NCBI GenBank assembly: GCA_022572685.1
Contig: JACZVL010000002.1
Span: 1-60,099, forward strand
Direction of reading: 5' to 3'
Length of the DNA stretch: 60,099 bases
Source: Pseudomonadota bacterium
Lineage (GTDB): Bacteria > Pseudomonadota > Alphaproteobacteria > Kiloniellales > J153
The notes beneath the pieces were generated by a model that saw only the letters and a program-made list of their open reading frames with translations, was not told the DNA's origin and did not search any database. Made by a program: the position numbers and the translations under genes. Positions within the stretch are counted from its first letter, which is position 1. Every line of letters begins with the position of its first letter. Shown piece by piece: positions 32,411 to 44,029 of this stretch.

Positions 32411-32950
32411 ATGACCGGCTATTGCGACGCCGCCCCGGGCCATCCCCTGCACGGCCCCTACCACGACCGGGAATACGGCTTTCCGGTCACCGACGAATCC
32501 GTGCTGTTCGAGCGCTTGGTGCTGGAGATCAACCAGGCCGGCCTGTCCTGGGAGTTGATGCTCAAGAAGCGCGCCAACTTCGACGCCGCCTACCAAGGCT
32601 ACGACCTGGACCGGGTGGCGGCCTACGGCGCGCGGGAGCGGGCGCGCCTGCTCGCCGACGCCGGCATCATCCGCAACCGGCTCAAGGTCGACGCGGTGAT
32701 CGAGAACGCCCGGCGCGTGCGGGCGTTGCGCGACAGCCACGGCGGTTTCGCCGCCTGGATCGAGGCCCAGCATCCCCGGCCCAAGGCGGATTGGGTGACG
32801 CTGTTCAAGAACACCTTCAAGTTTACCGGCGGCGAGATCACCGGCGAGTTCCTGATGTCGATCGGCTATCTGCCCGGCGCGCACCGGCAGGACTGCCCGG
32901 TATTCGGGCGGATCGCCGTTCTCGGTCCGGCCTGGATGCGGGGCGCTTGA
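32411..32950 (+). CDS. tag: DNA-3-methyladenine glycosylase I
   Basis: Contains YHDREYGFPV, LVLEINQAGLSW and IIRNRLKV. 179 aa. Confidence 0.92.
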   Translation: MTGYCDAAPGHPLHGPYHDREYGFPVTDESVLFERLVLEINQAGLSWELMLKKRANFDAAYQGYDLDRVAAYGARERARLLADAGIIRNRLKVDAVIENARRVRALRDSHGGFAAWIEAQHPRPKADWVTLFKNTFKFTGGEITGEFLMSIGYLPGAHRQDCPVFGRIAVLGPAWMRGA

Positions 32951-32956
32951 GGCACG

Positions 32957-32992
32957 AAAAAAAAATGGCAAGCCCAGTCATGAGCTTGCCAT
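32957..32992 (-). terminator. Canonical intrinsic terminator oriented for the minus strand (9-bp stem, 10-nt loop, U9 tail) with no annotated minus-strand gene upstream of it
   Basis: The + strand reads A9 (32957-32965), then atggcaagc-ccagtcatga-gcttgccat. On the minus strand this is a hairpin followed by TTTTTTTTT. Confidence 0.6.
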
Positions 32993-33313
32993 CGCCGTGT
33001 CGGCTGAGGTCTTTGTTGCGAGAGAGCTTTTCCGCCCCCTCGAACCGCCAGCCGGCGGTTCCTCCCTAAACTCGGGCCATGCTTCTTTTTCGCATGGATT
33101 ATTTGAGCGGGGATGTTAGCCGGAAAACCCTACGCCGTCACCATGTTTCGTTGATATTTCAACCAGTACTAGCAAATTCTTAATGACAATACTCGCGTTA
33201 TTACCTAAAGCAGGGCAAAACTTGAGTGCGAACGGCCGCGCGCGCTATTGAGTCACGATCAACGAAACTTGGATAAGTGTTTATTAAGGCGGCAAACCTA
33301 GCCTGATTCGATT

Positions 33314-33760
33314 ATGCGCCACGGCATCGCCAGCTTGATCCGGGTCCCGCTGTTCCTCGCCGCGCTTCTCGCGGCTTCCCAGGCGCGCGCGCATGAGGAA
33401 GGAAAGGCGGAGGTGACCATCGCCAGGGCCGATTGCGCGCGCCTGGTCGAACACCTGCCCTCGCCCGACGTCGCCTATCGGCCCGGCGTCGACGCCTACG
33501 GCCGCGCGGTCGCGCCCGCGGACCTGAACGGCGGCACGCCGATCCAGGTCCCCGAGACCCTCCACATCCCGATCGAGATCGACCTCTTGGATCGCTTCGG
33601 CATCCCCGCCAACCCGGCGCTCTACGACGCCGACGTGCCCATCGGCGAGGTGCTCTACCGGGACGGCCGCCTGACTTTCGAGGGCCAGCCGCTCCAGGAC
33701 GAGGCCGCGGCCGAGCTCACCAGGCGCTGCCAAGAAATCGTCTACGGCAAGCCGGAGTAG
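33314..33760 (+). CDS. Hypothetical secreted protein (signal peptide ...[10 protein letters not shown])
   Basis: 148-aa ORF with an N-terminal hydrophobic signal and AxA-like cleavage site. Composition is balanced. The long antisense ORF 33284..33871 was rejected. Confidence 0.6.
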   Translation: MRHGIASLIRVPLFLAALLAASQARAHEEGKAEVTIARADCARLVEHLPSPDVAYRPGVDAYGRAVAPADLNGGTPIQVPETLHIPIEIDLLDRFGIPANPALYDADVPIGEVLYRDGRLTFEGQPLQDEAAAELTRRCQEIVYGKPE

Positions 33761-33894
33761 ATGGCCCCGCCCGCCATGGACAAGGCGGCGGGCTTCCCAT
33801 ATACCAATCGCGGACTTTGCAGGGGGACTCGGCGGTAGATTTCGGCCGCTCCCGCGCGCCCCGAACGCCACCCAAGGACCGCCCAGGGACCGCC

Positions 33895-35214
33895 ATGCGC
33901 CTTTCCGCCTATTTCATGCCGACGCTCAAGGAGACCCCCGCCGAGGCCGAGATCGTTTCGCACCGGCTGATGCTGCGCGCCGGCATGGTGCGCCAGGCCA
34001 GCGCCGGCATCTACTCCTGGCTGCCGCTGGGCTTGCGGGTGCTCAAGAAGATCGAGCGGATCGTGCGCGAGGAGCAGGACCGCGCCGGCGCCCAGGAGGT
34101 GCTGATGCCGACCATCCAGTCGGCCGACCTGTGGCGCCAGTCGGGCCGCTACGATGCCTACGGCCCGGAGATGCTGCGCATCGCCGACCGTCACGGCCGC
34201 GACATGCTCTACGGCCCCACCAACGAGGAGCTGATCACCGAGATCTTCCGGACCTCGGTCAAGAGCTACCGCGAGCTGCCGCGCATGCTCTACCACATCC
34301 AGTGGAAGTTCCGGGACGAGGTGCGGCCGCGCTTCGGGGTCATGCGCGGGCGCGAATTCCTGATGAAGGACAACTACTCCTTCGATCTGGATTACGAAGG
34401 CGCCAAAAAGTCTTACAACAAGATGTTCGTGTCCTACCTGAGAACCTTCGCGCGCCTCGGCCTGCAGGCGGTGCCGATGGCGGCGGACACCGGGCCGATC
34501 GGCGGCGACCTGAGCCACGAGTTCATCATCCTGGCCGACACCGGCGAGAGCGAGGTGTTCTGCCACCGCGACTTCCTCGACTTCGACGTGCTCGGCGCCG
34601 AGGTCGACTACGAGGCCGACCTCGAGCCCGTGGTGCAGGCCTGGACCAGGCTCTACGCACGCACCGACGACAAGCACGACCCGGCCGTCTTCGAGCGAGA
34701 GGTGCCGGCGGACAAGCGGGTGCAACGGCGCGGCATCGAGGTCGGCCACATCTTCTATTTCGGCACCAAGTATTCGGAGCCCCTGAAGGCCCAGGTGGCG
34801 ACGCCCGGGGGCGAGTCCGTGGCCGTGCACATGGGCTCCTACGGGATCGGCGTCTCGCGCCTGGTCGGCGCCGTGATCGAGGCCAGCCACGATAAGGACG
34901 GCATCATCTGGCCCGAGGCGGTGGCGCCCTTCAAGGTCGGGCTGATCAACCTCAAGATCGCGGCCCCGGACTGCAACAAGGCCGGCGAGGAGATCTACGC
35001 CAAGCTGCAAGAAGCCGGCGTCGAGGTGCTCTACGACGACCGCGACGAGCGGCCCGGCGCCAAGTTCGCCGGCATGGACCTGATCGGCCTGCCCTGGCAA
35101 CTGGTGATCGGCCCGCGCGGCCTCGACAAGGGCGTGGTCGAGCTCAAGCGCCGTGCCGGCGGCGAGCGCGAGGAGCTGTCCCTCGAGGCGGCACTCGCGC
35201 GGCTGACCGGTTAG
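33895..35214 (+). CDS. proS: Proline--tRNA ligase (short alphaproteobacterial type)
   Basis: [30 protein letters not shown] start. Contains the class II motifs [21 protein letters not shown] and [10 protein letters not shown]. Confidence 0.94.
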   Translation: MRLSAYFMPTLKETPAEAEIVSHRLMLRAGMVRQASAGIYSWLPLGLRVLKKIERIVREEQDRAGAQEVLMPTIQSADLWRQSGRYDAYGPEMLRIADRHGRDMLYGPTNEELITEIFRTSVKSYRELPRMLYHIQWKFRDEVRPRFGVMRGREFLMKDNYSFDLDYEGAKKSYNKMFVSYLRTFARLGLQAVPMAADTGPIGGDLSHEFIILADTGESEVFCHRDFLDFDVLGAEVDYEADLEPVVQAWTRLYARTDDKHDPAVFEREVPADKRVQRRGIEVGHIFYFGTKYSEPLKAQVATPGGESVAVHMGSYGIGVSRLVGAVIEASHDKDGIIWPEAVAPFKVGLINLKIAAPDCNKAGEEIYAKLQEAGVEVLYDDRDERPGAKFAGMDLIGLPWQLVIGPRGLDKGVVELKRRAGGEREELSLEAALARLTG

Positions 35215-35243
35215 CCGCCGGGCCCGGCCCCCAGGAACGCCCG

Positions 35244-36494
35244 ATGATCTTCGGTCCCTTCGAACGAATGGTCGCCTTCCGCTATCTGCGGGCGCGGCGG
35301 CAGGAGGGTTTCGTCTCGGTCATCGCGGTCTTTTCGCTGCTCGGCATCGCGCTCGGCGTGGCGACGCTGATCATCGTCATGGCGGTGATGAACGGCTTCC
35401 GCCAGGAGCTGCTGTCGCGCATCCTCGGGGTCAACGGCCACCTCACGGTCTACGGTATTTCGAAACCGATCGAGGACTACGGCGCGCTGACCGACCGGCT
35501 CGCTGGCTTGGCCGGCGTGCGCCTGGTGACGCCCCAGGTCCAGGGCCAGGTCATGGTCGTGGCAGCCGGCGGCGCCTCGGGCGCGCTGGTGCGCGGCATG
35601 CGTCCCGCGGACCTCAAGGCGCGCGAGTTGATCGCCGGCAACATCACCGCGGGCGACCTCGGCGCCTTCACCGAGGACGGCGAGGCGGTGCTGATCGGCA
35701 GCCGCATGGCGCAGAAGTTGGGCCTCAAGGTCGGCGACAGCCTGACCCTGATCTCGCCCCAGGGCACGGCCACGGTGATGGGCACGATGCCGCGCATGAA
35801 GAGCTACCGCATCGCGGCGCTGTTCCAGGTCGGCATGTACGAATACGACAGCACCTTTATTTACATGCCGCTGCCCGCCGCCCAGTTGTTCTTCCGCCTG
35901 CCTAGCCAGGTCAACGGCATCGAGGTCTTCGTCGAGGACCCGGACCAGGTGCGCGACCTGCGCTGGCGCATCAACCAGGAGCTGGGCCCGGGCTACCGCA
36001 CGCTCGACTGGCAGCAGGCCAACTCCAGCTTCTTCAACGCGATCCAGGTCGAGCGCAACGTCATGTTCCTGATCCTGACGCTGATCATCCTGGTCGCCGC
36101 CTTCAACATCATCTCCAGCCTGATCATGCTGGTGAAGGACAAGGGCCGCGACATCGCGGTGCTGCGCACCATGGGCGCGACCCGCGGCATGATCATGCGC
36201 ATCTTCTTTTTGAGCGGCGCCAGTATCGGGCTGATCGGCACCCTGGCCGGCTTCGGCCTGGGGGTGGCGTTCAGCCTCAACATCCAGACCATCCAAGGTT
36301 GGCTCGAACGCTTGACCGGCACCGATTTGTGGAACGCCGAGATCCGCTTCCTGACCCAGATCCCGGCGGTCATGGACTGGGCCGAGGTGGCGACCGTGGT
36401 GGCCATGGCGCTCGGTCTGTGTTTCGCCGCCACCATCTATCCGGCCTGGCGCGCCGCGCGCCTGGATCCGGTGGAAGCGCTGCGTTATGAGTGA
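35244..36494 (+). CDS. Lipoprotein-releasing ABC transporter permease (LolC/E family)
   Basis: 416 aa with [14 protein letters not shown], a MacB-like periplasmic domain and an FtsX-type C-terminus. Followed by lolD. Confidence 0.92.
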   Translation: MIFGPFERMVAFRYLRARRQEGFVSVIAVFSLLGIALGVATLIIVMAVMNGFRQELLSRILGVNGHLTVYGISKPIEDYGALTDRLAGLAGVRLVTPQVQGQVMVVAAGGASGALVRGMRPADLKARELIAGNITAGDLGAFTEDGEAVLIGSRMAQKLGLKVGDSLTLISPQGTATVMGTMPRMKSYRIAALFQVGMYEYDSTFIYMPLPAAQLFFRLPSQVNGIEVFVEDPDQVRDLRWRINQELGPGYRTLDWQQANSSFFNAIQVERNVMFLILTLIILVAAFNIISSLIMLVKDKGRDIAVLRTMGATRGMIMRIFFLSGASIGLIGTLAGFGLGVAFSLNIQTIQGWLERLTGTDLWNAEIRFLTQIPAVMDWAEVATVVAMALGLCFAATIYPAWRAARLDPVEALRYE

Positions 36495-36502
36495 GGCGCG
36501 TT

Positions 36503-37198
<696 letters not shown>

Positions 37199-37305
37199 CG
37201 GGCCCCACTCACTTTCATTGCCGGGCGTGACCCGGCAATCCAGGGGGCTTGTCGAAGGAGCTGGACCCTGGGGTCAAGCCCGAGGGTGACAACGGACGGA
37301 GACCG

Positions 37306-38235
37306 TTATTCGAATTCGGCGCCCCCGAACTCCGCGTGGAGCGCGGCGATGTGCTCGGGGCCGATGCCGCAGCAGCCGCCGACGATGGTGGCGCCACACG
37401 CCGCCCAGTCGCGCGCGAAGCCGAGATAACCCGCGGGGTCCAGGTCGTCGCGCAGGTCGCTGAGCTCTTCGTTGGCCTGGGCGCTCTCGTCCTTGGGCGG
37501 GAAGGCGTTGGCATAGGCGCCGATTGGAATCTCCGCGCCGAGCGCGCCCAGGGTCCCGCGCGCGATCTCCAGCGCCATGGCCATGACCTCCGGCTGGCTG
37601 CAGTTGAACAGGACGGCCTTTGCGCCGCGCCGCGCGGCGGCGCGCACCGCCTCGGCGACCGGCTCGCCGGAGCGCAGGCGCGGAACTTCCAGGTCGGGCT
37701 TTTGGTCGGCCAGGGTGTAGGAGATCCAGAGTGGACGCGGGTCGTCGGCGAGGGCGTCCGCCACCGCCTCGGCCTCGGCGATTGCGCCGAGGGTTTCGCC
37801 GAGCCAGAGGTCGACGTGGGGCGCCAGGCCGGCCACCAGCGGCGCCAGCAATTCCGGCGCGCGCGCCGCATCGAAAAGGTCCGGGCGGTAGGAGCCGAAC
37901 AAGGGCGGCAGCGCGCCCGCGACCCGGACCTTGCGGTCCGACACGGCATTCGGCACGGCGTCCGCGGCGGCGCGCGCCAGGCGCCCGGCCAGCTCCGCGA
38001 GCGCCCGGCCGTCCGTGGCGAAGCGCGCCTCGCCGATGTGAAACGGGACCAGCGCGTAGCTGCTGGTGGTGATCACCTCGGCGCCGGCCGCGATGAAGGC
38101 GGCATGGGCCCGCTCGACGGTCTCCGGCGCCTCCATCAGGGCCAGCGCCGACCACTCCGGTTGGCGGAACGGCGCGCCCCTGCGCTTGAGTTCGCGGCCC
38201 ATGCCGCCGTCGAGCAAAGTGATGCGCGCCGCCAT
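37306..38235 (-). CDS. Homocysteine S-methyltransferase family protein (MmuM/BHMT-like)
   Basis: Contains ITLLDGGMGRELKRRG, ITTSSYA and C-terminal GGCCGIGPEHI (zinc-binding Cys). GGAGG lies 11 nt upstream. One of only two minus-strand genes in the window. Confidence 0.85.
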   Translation of the reverse strand: MAARITLLDGGMGRELKRRGAPFRQPEWSALALMEAPETVERAHAAFIAAGAEVITTSSYALVPFHIGEARFATDGRALAELAGRLARAAADAVPNAVSDRKVRVAGALPPLFGSYRPDLFDAARAPELLAPLVAGLAPHVDLWLGETLGAIAEAEAVADALADDPRPLWISYTLADQKPDLEVPRLRSGEPVAEAVRAAARRGAKAVLFNCSQPEVMAMALEIARGTLGALGAEIPIGAYANAFPPKDESAQANEELSDLRDDLDPAGYLGFARDWAACGATIVGGCCGIGPEHIAALHAEFGGAEFE

Positions 38236-38283
38236 TCCTGGATCGCCTCCGTTTCGCGGGCCCGGGGCGCGCAGATTACCCGG

Positions 38284-38313
38284 CTATCCACCGATTGCAA
38301 CGCGTGTGGATAA
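38284..38313. promoter_or_regulatory. Inverted pair of DnaA-box-like 9-mers (CTATCCACC ... TGTGGATAA) about 45 nt upstream of dnaE
   Basis: 38305-38313 is the exact reverse complement of TTATCCACA. 38284-38292 matches that consensus at 7 of 9 positions. The two are 12 bp apart in the divergent mmuM-like/dnaE intergenic region. Confidence 0.35.
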
Positions 38314-38356
38314 CTCTGGTGCTGACAGGCCGGGCCATGCGTGGAATCTTTAAGCC

Positions 38357-41300
38357 ATGCCGCACGCCGGATTCGTTCACCTCAGGGTTCATTCCGCCTA
38401 TTCGCTGCTCGAGGGCGCGATCAAGATCGACGATCTGGTCGCGCGCTGCCGGCGCCAGGCCATGCCGGCGGTGGCGGTCACCGACAGCGGCAACCTGTTC
38501 GGCGCGCTCGAGTTCGCGCTCGCCGCAAAAGCGAGCGGCGTGCAGCCGATCATCGGCTGCCAGCTCGCCATCACGCGTGAGGACGCCCAGGGGCACGGCG
38601 GGCCGCTCGGCGGCCCCGCCGGGCGACCGGACCCGGACCCGATCGTGCTGCTGGTCCAGGACCAGGCCGGCTACCGCAACCTGATGCGGCTGGTCTCCAA
38701 GGCCTTCCTCGAGACCCCCTCCGGAGACTCGCCCCAGGTCGCGTTCGCCGATCTCGAAGCCATGAGCGCCGGGCTGATCGCGCTCACCGGCGGGCCGGCG
38801 GGGCCGGTCGGCCGCTGCCTGCTCGAGGGTCAGGACGCGGCCGCGGAGGCGGCGCTTGGGGCGCTCGCAAGGATCTTCCCGGGCCGGCTCTACGTCGAGA
38901 TCATGCGCCACGGCACGGCCGAGGAGGCGCGCATCGAAGACCGCCTGGTCGACCTGGCCTACGCCCACGACCTGCCGCTGGTCGCCACCAACGAAGTGTT
39001 CTTCGCCGAGGCCGAGATGTACGAAGCCCACGATGCGCTGCTGTGCATCGCCGAGGGCAGCTACGTGAGCGAGGCCGAGCGCCGGCGCGTGACCCCGGAG
39101 CACCGCTTCAAGTCGGCGGCCGAGATGATCGAGCTGTTCGCCGATCTGCCCGAAGCGGTCGCCAATACCCTCGCGATCGCGCGCCGCTGCGGCTTCGTGC
39201 CCGGGGCGGTCGATCCGATCCTGCCGGCCTTCCCGACCGAGGCCGGGCGCAACGAGGCCGAGGAGCTGCGGGCCCGGAGCGAGGCCGGCCTGGAGGCGCG
39301 CCTGAGCGAGCGGGTCTACACCCCGGAGATGGACGGAGCGGCGCGCGCGGAGGCCGCCCGGACCTATCGGGAGCGCCTGGAGTACGAGCTCGGGGTGATC
39401 GTGCAGATGGGTTACCCGGGCTACTTCCTGATCGTCGCCGACTTCATCCAGTGGGCCAAGCACCAGGGCATTCCGGTCGGCCCCGGGCGCGGTTCGGGCG
39501 CCGGCTCGGTGGTGTCCTGGGCGCTCACCATCACCGATCTCGATCCCTTGCGCTGGGGCCTGCTGTTCGAACGCTTCCTCAATCCCGAGCGCGTCTCCAT
39601 GCCGGACTTCGACATCGATTTCTGCCAGGAGCGCCGCGACGAGGTGATCCGCTACGTTCAGGACAAGTACGGCCGCGATCACGTCGCCCAGATCATCACC
39701 TTCGGCAAGCTGCAGGCGCGGGCCGCCCTGCGCGACGTCGGCCGGGTGCTGCAGATGCCCTATCCCCAGGTCGACCGCATCTGCAAGCTGGTGCCCAACA
39801 ATCCGGCCAACCCGGTTGGCCTGCGCGAGGCCATCGCCGGCGAGCCGCGCCTGCGGGAGATGCGCGACCAGGACCCGACGGTGGCCCGCTTGCTGAGCAT
39901 CGCGCTTCAGGTCGAGGGCCTGTACCGCCACGCCTCGACCCACGCGGCCGGGGTGGTGATCGGCGACCGCCGCCTGGACGAGCTGGTGCCGCTCTACCGC
40001 GATCCACGCTCCGACATGCCGGTGACCCAGTTCTCCATGAAATATGTGGAACTCGCCGGGCTGGTGAAGTTCGACTTCCTGGGCCTGAAAACGCTCACGG
40101 TGCTGGCGCGCGCCTGCGAGCTGATCGCCGAGCGCGGTCCCGCCCTGGATCTTTCGAAGATTCCGCTCGACGATCCGGGCACCTACGAGATGCTGGCGAG
40201 CGCCGATACGGTGGGCGTGTTCCAGCTGGAGTCCTCGGGCATGCGCGACGTGCTCAAGCGCCTCAAGGCCGAGCGCTTCGAGGACATCATCGCCGTCGTC
40301 GCGCTGTTCCGCCCGGGGCCGATGGACAACATCCCGAGCTTCATCGCGCGCAAGCATGGCGAGGAGGCGATCGATTACCTCTATCCGAGCCTCGAGGGCA
40401 TCCTGAAGGAGACCTTCGGGATCATGATCTACCAGGAACAGGTCATGCAGATCGCCCAGGAACTGGCCGGCTACTCGCTCGGCGGTGCCGACTTGCTGCG
40501 CCGGGCCATGGGCAAGAAAATCAAGTCGGAGATGGAGGCGCAGCGCAAGACCTTCATCGAGGGCGCGGTCGCGCGCGCCGTGCCGGCGGCCAAGGCCGAG
40601 CAGATCTTCGAGCAGATCAACAAGTTCGCCGGCTACGGATTCCCCAAGGGCCACGCCGCCGCCTACGCCATGGTCACGTACCAGACCGCCTACCTGAAGG
40701 CCAACTATCCGGTCGAGTTCCTGGCCGCCTCCATGACCTTCGAGTTGGGCAACACCGAAAAGCTCAGCGTGTTTCGCGAGGAATTGAACCGCCTGGGCAT
40801 TGCCCTGCTGCCGCCCGACATCAACCGCTCGACCGCCGAATTCGGGGTCGAGACGGTCGAGGCCAATGGCATAGAGGGGGGACGCCAGGCGATCCGCTAC
40901 GCGCTGGCCGCGGTCAAGAACGTCGGCGAGGCGGCCATGAGGGCGCTGGTCGCCGAGCGCGACCAGAACGGGCCCTTCGCCAGCCTCGGCGATTTCGCCG
41001 GCCGGGTCGATATGCGCGCGGTCAACAAGCGCCAGATCGAGAACCTGGCCCGCGCCGGGGCCTTCGACGGGCTCAACCCCAACCGGCGCCAGGTCTTCGA
41101 GGCGGCGGAGACCGTGGTGCGCCACGCCTCGGCGGCGGCCGGCGAGCGCGACAGCGCCCAGGAGAACCTGTTCGGCGGCGGCGATGCGGCGCCGGCGCCG
41201 GATTTGGTCCTGCCCCCGGCCGCCGACTGGCCGGATATGGAGCGCCTGCGCCACGAGTTCGAGGCCATCGGCTTCTACCTCTCGGCCCATCCGCTCGACG

Positions 41301-41854
41301 CCTACGGCGCGGAGCTCCGGGGCTTGAAGGTGGTGACCTCGGCCGAGCTCGGCGCCGCCATGGCGCGCGATCCCGGGCGCAAGAAGCTGGCCGGGATCGT
41401 GATCGGCAAGCAGGAGCGGACCTCGCGCCAGGGCAACCGCTTCGCCTTCATCCAGCTCTCCGACACCAGCGGCGTCTACGAGGTGGTGGTGTTCTCCGAT
41501 CTGCTGGCCCAGACGCGGGACTTCCTGGAGGGCGGCGAGCCCCTGCTGATCGCGGTGGAGAGCCGGGGCGACGGCGACGATTCGCGGCTCATGGCCCACG
41601 AGATCACGGCGCTGGAGGGGGCGGCCGCGGTCGCCGGGCTGGGGCTCAAGGTGATCCTCAGCGGTCCCGAGCCGCTCGGCAGCTTGAAAAGCCTGCTCGA
41701 CCGGGAGAGCCGGGGCCGGGGCCGGGTCGCGCTGGTGCTGGACCTGGACGACGGCCAGGAGGTCGAACTCGACCTGCCGGCCGGCTACCGGCTCTCCGCC
41801 GCCGCCCGCCAGGCGATCAAGGCGGTCCCCGGGGTCACGGTCCTGGAGGTTTAA
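38357..41854 (+). CDS. dnaE: DNA polymerase III alpha subunit
   Basis: 1165 aa. PHP domain [16 protein letters not shown], then [15 protein letters not shown] and [13 protein letters not shown]. Confidence 0.97.
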   Translation: MPHAGFVHLRVHSAYSLLEGAIKIDDLVARCRRQAMPAVAVTDSGNLFGALEFALAAKASGVQPIIGCQLAITREDAQGHGGPLGGPAGRPDPDPIVLLVQDQAGYRNLMRLVSKAFLETPSGDSPQVAFADLEAMSAGLIALTGGPAGPVGRCLLEGQDAAAEAALGALARIFPGRLYVEIMRHGTAEEARIEDRLVDLAYAHDLPLVATNEVFFAEAEMYEAHDALLCIAEGSYVSEAERRRVTPEHRFKSAAEMIELFADLPEAVANTLAIARRCGFVPGAVDPILPAFPTEAGRNEAEELRARSEAGLEARLSERVYTPEMDGAARAEAARTYRERLEYELGVIVQMGYPGYFLIVADFIQWAKHQGIPVGPGRGSGAGSVVSWALTITDLDPLRWGLLFERFLNPERVSMPDFDIDFCQERRDEVIRYVQDKYGRDHVAQIITFGKLQARAALRDVGRVLQMPYPQVDRICKLVPNNPANPVGLREAIAGEPRLREMRDQDPTVARLLSIALQVEGLYRHASTHAAGVVIGDRRLDELVPLYRDPRSDMPVTQFSMKYVELAGLVKFDFLGLKTLTVLARACELIAERGPALDLSKIPLDDPGTYEMLASADTVGVFQLESSGMRDVLKRLKAERFEDIIAVVALFRPGPMDNIPSFIARKHGEEAIDYLYPSLEGILKETFGIMIYQEQVMQIAQELAGYSLGGADLLRRAMGKKIKSEMEAQRKTFIEGAVARAVPAAKAEQIFEQINKFAGYGFPKGHAAAYAMVTYQTAYLKANYPVEFLAASMTFELGNTEKLSVFREELNRLGIALLPPDINRSTAEFGVETVEANGIEGGRQAIRYALAAVKNVGEAAMRALVAERDQNGPFASLGDFAGRVDMRAVNKRQIENLARAGAFDGLNPNRRQVFEAAETVVRHASAAAGERDSAQENLFGGGDAAPAPDLVLPPAADWPDMERLRHEFEAIGFYLSAHPLDAYGAELRGLKVVTSAELGAAMARDPGRKKLAGIVIGKQERTSRQGNRFAFIQLSDTSGVYEVVVFSDLLAQTRDFLEGGEPLLIAVESRGDGDDSRLMAHEITALEGAAAVAGLGLKVILSGPEPLGSLKSLLDRESRGRGRVALVLDLDDGQEVELDLPAGYRLSAAARQAIKAVPGVTVLEV

Positions 41855-42050
41855 CACACCGCTTCCGGAGCCCTGTTTTTGCGCGAAATTCCCTTGCCAT
41901 CCGGGCGCTCCGGGGCTATCACCCGGCCCACCTGATTTCACACGCGGGCTTCGCGGCCGGTCGGGGGAGACATCCCCGGCGGTCGCTCCGGTGTCCGGAT
42001 ACCCCGGATACAAAGGGCCCGCGGCGGCACAACCGGAGAAAGATACCCCC

Positions 42051-43040
42051 ATGGCGATACCCGACATCTCCATGCGCCAGCTCCTGGAAGCTGGCGTCCA
42101 TTTTGGCCACACCACCCGTCGCTGGAATCCGAAGATGGCGCCTTACATCTTCGGCAAGCGCAACGGCGTCCACATCCTCGATCTCGAGCAAACCGTGCCG
42201 CTCTTGCACCAGGCACTGGTCGTGGTCCGCGACGTGGTCGCCGGCGGCGGCCGGGTGCTGTTCGTCGGCACCAAGCGGCAAGCCAGCGAGGCGATCGCGG
42301 AATCCGCCAAGCGCTGCGGCCAGTACTACGTCAACCACCGCTGGCTCGGCGGCATGCTGACCAACTGGAAGACCATCTCCAAGTCGATCAAGCGCCTGCG
42401 CGAGGTCGAGGAACAGCTCGAGGAGGGCGAGACCGGCTTCACCAAGAAGGAGCTGCTCAAGCTGACCCGGCAGCGCAACAAGCTCGACCGCGCGCTCGGT
42501 GGCATCAAGGAGATGGGCGGCCTGCCGGACGTGCTGTTCGTGATCGACACCAACAAGGAGCACATCGCCGTCGCCGAGGCCAAGGTGTTGAACATTCCGG
42601 TGATCGCGATCCTGGACTCCAATTCCGATCCGGACAAGGTGGCCCATCCGGTGCCGGGCAACGACGACGCGATCCGCGCCATCGCGCTGTACTGCGAGCT
42701 GGTCTCCGGCGCGGTTCTGGATGGCATCCAGGCGGAACTGGAGGCGAGCGGCGGCGACGCCGGCGCGGCGCCGGAGGGCCCGGTCGAGGTCCTGCCCGAA
42801 GCCCCGGCCCCCGAAGCGGCAGCCCCCGAAGCGGCGGCCAGCGCACCGGCGGCTAGCGTACCGGCGGCCTCCGAAGCTGCAGCCAGTGAACCGGTGGTGG
42901 TGGAACCGCCGGCCGAACCCGCCGCCGAACCTGCCGCCGAACCTGCCGCCCCAGCCGAGGAGGCCTCCAAGCCCACCGCCACCGAGGCGCCGGCCGAACC
43001 TGCCGCCCCAGCCGAGGAGACCCCCAAGCCCGCCGAATAA
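42051..43040 (+). CDS. rpsB: 30S ribosomal protein S2 with a ~75-aa Ala/Pro/Glu-rich repetitive C-terminal extension
   Basis: [29 protein letters not shown] start, followed by tsf. The tail from about 42780 is low-complexity. Confidence 0.95.
   Translation: MAIPDISMRQLLEAGVHFGHTTRRWNPKMAPYIFGKRNGVHILDLEQTVPLLHQALVVVRDVVAGGGRVLFVGTKRQASEAIAESAKRCGQYYVNHRWLGGMLTNWKTISKSIKRLREVEEQLEEGETGFTKKELLKLTRQRNKLDRALGGIKEMGGLPDVLFVIDTNKEHIAVAEAKVLNIPVIAILDSNSDPDKVAHPVPGNDDAIRAIALYCELVSGAVLDGIQAELEASGGDAGAAPEGPVEVLPEAPAPEAAAPEAAASAPAASVPAASEAAASEPVVVEPPAEPAAEPAAEPAAPAEEASKPTATEAPAEPAAPAEETPKPAE
42936..43037. repeat. 57-bp-period direct repeat within the rpsB 3' extension, plus shorter GCCGAACC(Y)GCC units upstream
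   Basis: gccgaacctgccgccccagccgaggag occurs at both 42936 and 42993, followed by (gcct/accc)ccaagccc. Confidence 0.85.
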
Positions 43041-43105
43041 GGGGCCGCCGTTCGGGTCGCGCGATCGACATTCTGCAACTGACAAGCTGAGGAGCGGATC
43101 GAGAC

Positions 43106-44029
43106 ATGGCCGAGATCACCGCTGCATTGGTCAAGGAGCTGCGTGGAAACACCGGCGCCGGCATGATGGACTGCAAGAAGGCGCTCACCGAGACCGCGGG
43201 CGACGTGGAAGCCGCGATCGACTGGCTGCGCAAGAACGGCCTCGCCGCGGCCGCGAAAAAGGCCGGCCGCGTCGCCGCCGAGGGCCTGGTCGGGGTGGTG
43301 ACCGAGGGCAACCACGGCGCCCTCGTCGAGGTCAACTCCGAGACCGACTTCGTCGCCCGCAACGAGGCCTTCCAGGATTTCGTGAGCCAAGTCGCCACCT
43401 TGGCGCTCGAGGCCGGTGGCGATCTGGAGGCGCTCGGCGCCGCCACCTATCCGGGCGGGGGCACGGTCGGCGAGGCGCTGACCGGGATGATCGGCACCAT
43501 CGGCGAGAACATGAGCCTGCGCCGCACTGCCGCGCTTCGGGTCTCACAGGGCGTGATCGCCGCCTATGTTCACAACCAAGCGGCTCCGGGGCTGGGCAAG
43601 ATCGGCGTGCTGGTGGCGCTGGAATCCGCCGGCGATGCGGACAAGCTCGCCGCCTTCGGCAGGCAGCTCGCCATGCACGTGGCGGCCGCCGCGCCCCAGG
43701 TGGTCAGCGCCGAGGACGTCGACGCCACGGCGCTGGAGCGCGAGCGCAGCGTCCTGGCCGAGCAGGCCCGCGCCAGCGGCAAGCCCGAGGACATCGTCGA
43801 GAAGATGGTCCAGGGGCGCCTGCGCAAGTACTACGAGGAGGTCTGCCTGCTCGACCAGAGCTTCGTGATCGACAGCGAATCCAAGGTGCGCCAGGCGGTC
43901 GAGGCCGCCGGCGAGGATGCCGGCGCCCCGGTCGCGGTGACCGGGTTCCACCGTTTCCAGCTCGGCGAGGGCGTCGAGCGCGTGGGGAGCGATTTCGCCG
44001 CCGAGGTGGCGGCCACGCTGGGCCAGTAG
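43106..44029 (+). CDS. tsf: Translation elongation factor Ts
   Basis: [27 protein letters not shown] start. 307 aa. Confidence 0.97.
   Translation: MAEITAALVKELRGNTGAGMMDCKKALTETAGDVEAAIDWLRKNGLAAAAKKAGRVAAEGLVGVVTEGNHGALVEVNSETDFVARNEAFQDFVSQVATLALEAGGDLEALGAATYPGGGTVGEALTGMIGTIGENMSLRRTAALRVSQGVIAAYVHNQAAPGLGKIGVLVALESAGDADKLAAFGRQLAMHVAAAAPQVVSAEDVDATALERERSVLAEQARASGKPEDIVEKMVQGRLRKYYEEVCLLDQSFVIDSESKVRQAVEAAGEDAGAPVAVTGFHRFQLGEGVERVGSDFAAEVAATLGQ

Noticed and set aside
32966-33069. 34-codon + strand ORF (MASPVMSLPSPCRLRSLLRESFSAPSNRQPAVPP) in the tag-downstream spacer.
   Set aside because: It has no RBS, its start lies inside the terminator hairpin, and its composition is that of a random read-through. 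The region is better explained as non-coding RNA or terminator structure.
37215-37245. 9-bp hairpin attgccggg-cgtga-cccggcaat between convergent lolD and the methyltransferase gene, as a bidirectional terminator.
   Set aside because: There is no U-tract on either strand after the stem. It may still be a Rho-independent-like pause site, but the evidence is insufficient to annotate it.
37249-38313. 354-aa + strand ORF and the 293-aa minus-frame ORF 37274..38155, both overlapping the homocysteine methyltransferase gene.
   Set aside because: Only the minus-strand frame 37306..38235 shows the LDGGMG ... GGCCG homocysteine S-methyltransferase motifs and a GGAGG RBS. The others are Arg/Gly/Pro-rich shadows.
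39043-42360. Long same-strand alternate-frame ORFs (for example 39043..42360, 2141..3958, 8672..10363, 14736..15602, 19730..20746, 27651..28415, 29439..30005 and the 5' part of 57393..59921).
   Set aside because: They are Arg/Pro/Gly-rich out-of-frame translations of real genes. In some cases only the 3' part is genuine (nuoE, nuoI, birA, rnj, proS, moeA), and the real start was placed at the internal ATG or GTG where the conserved N-terminus begins.
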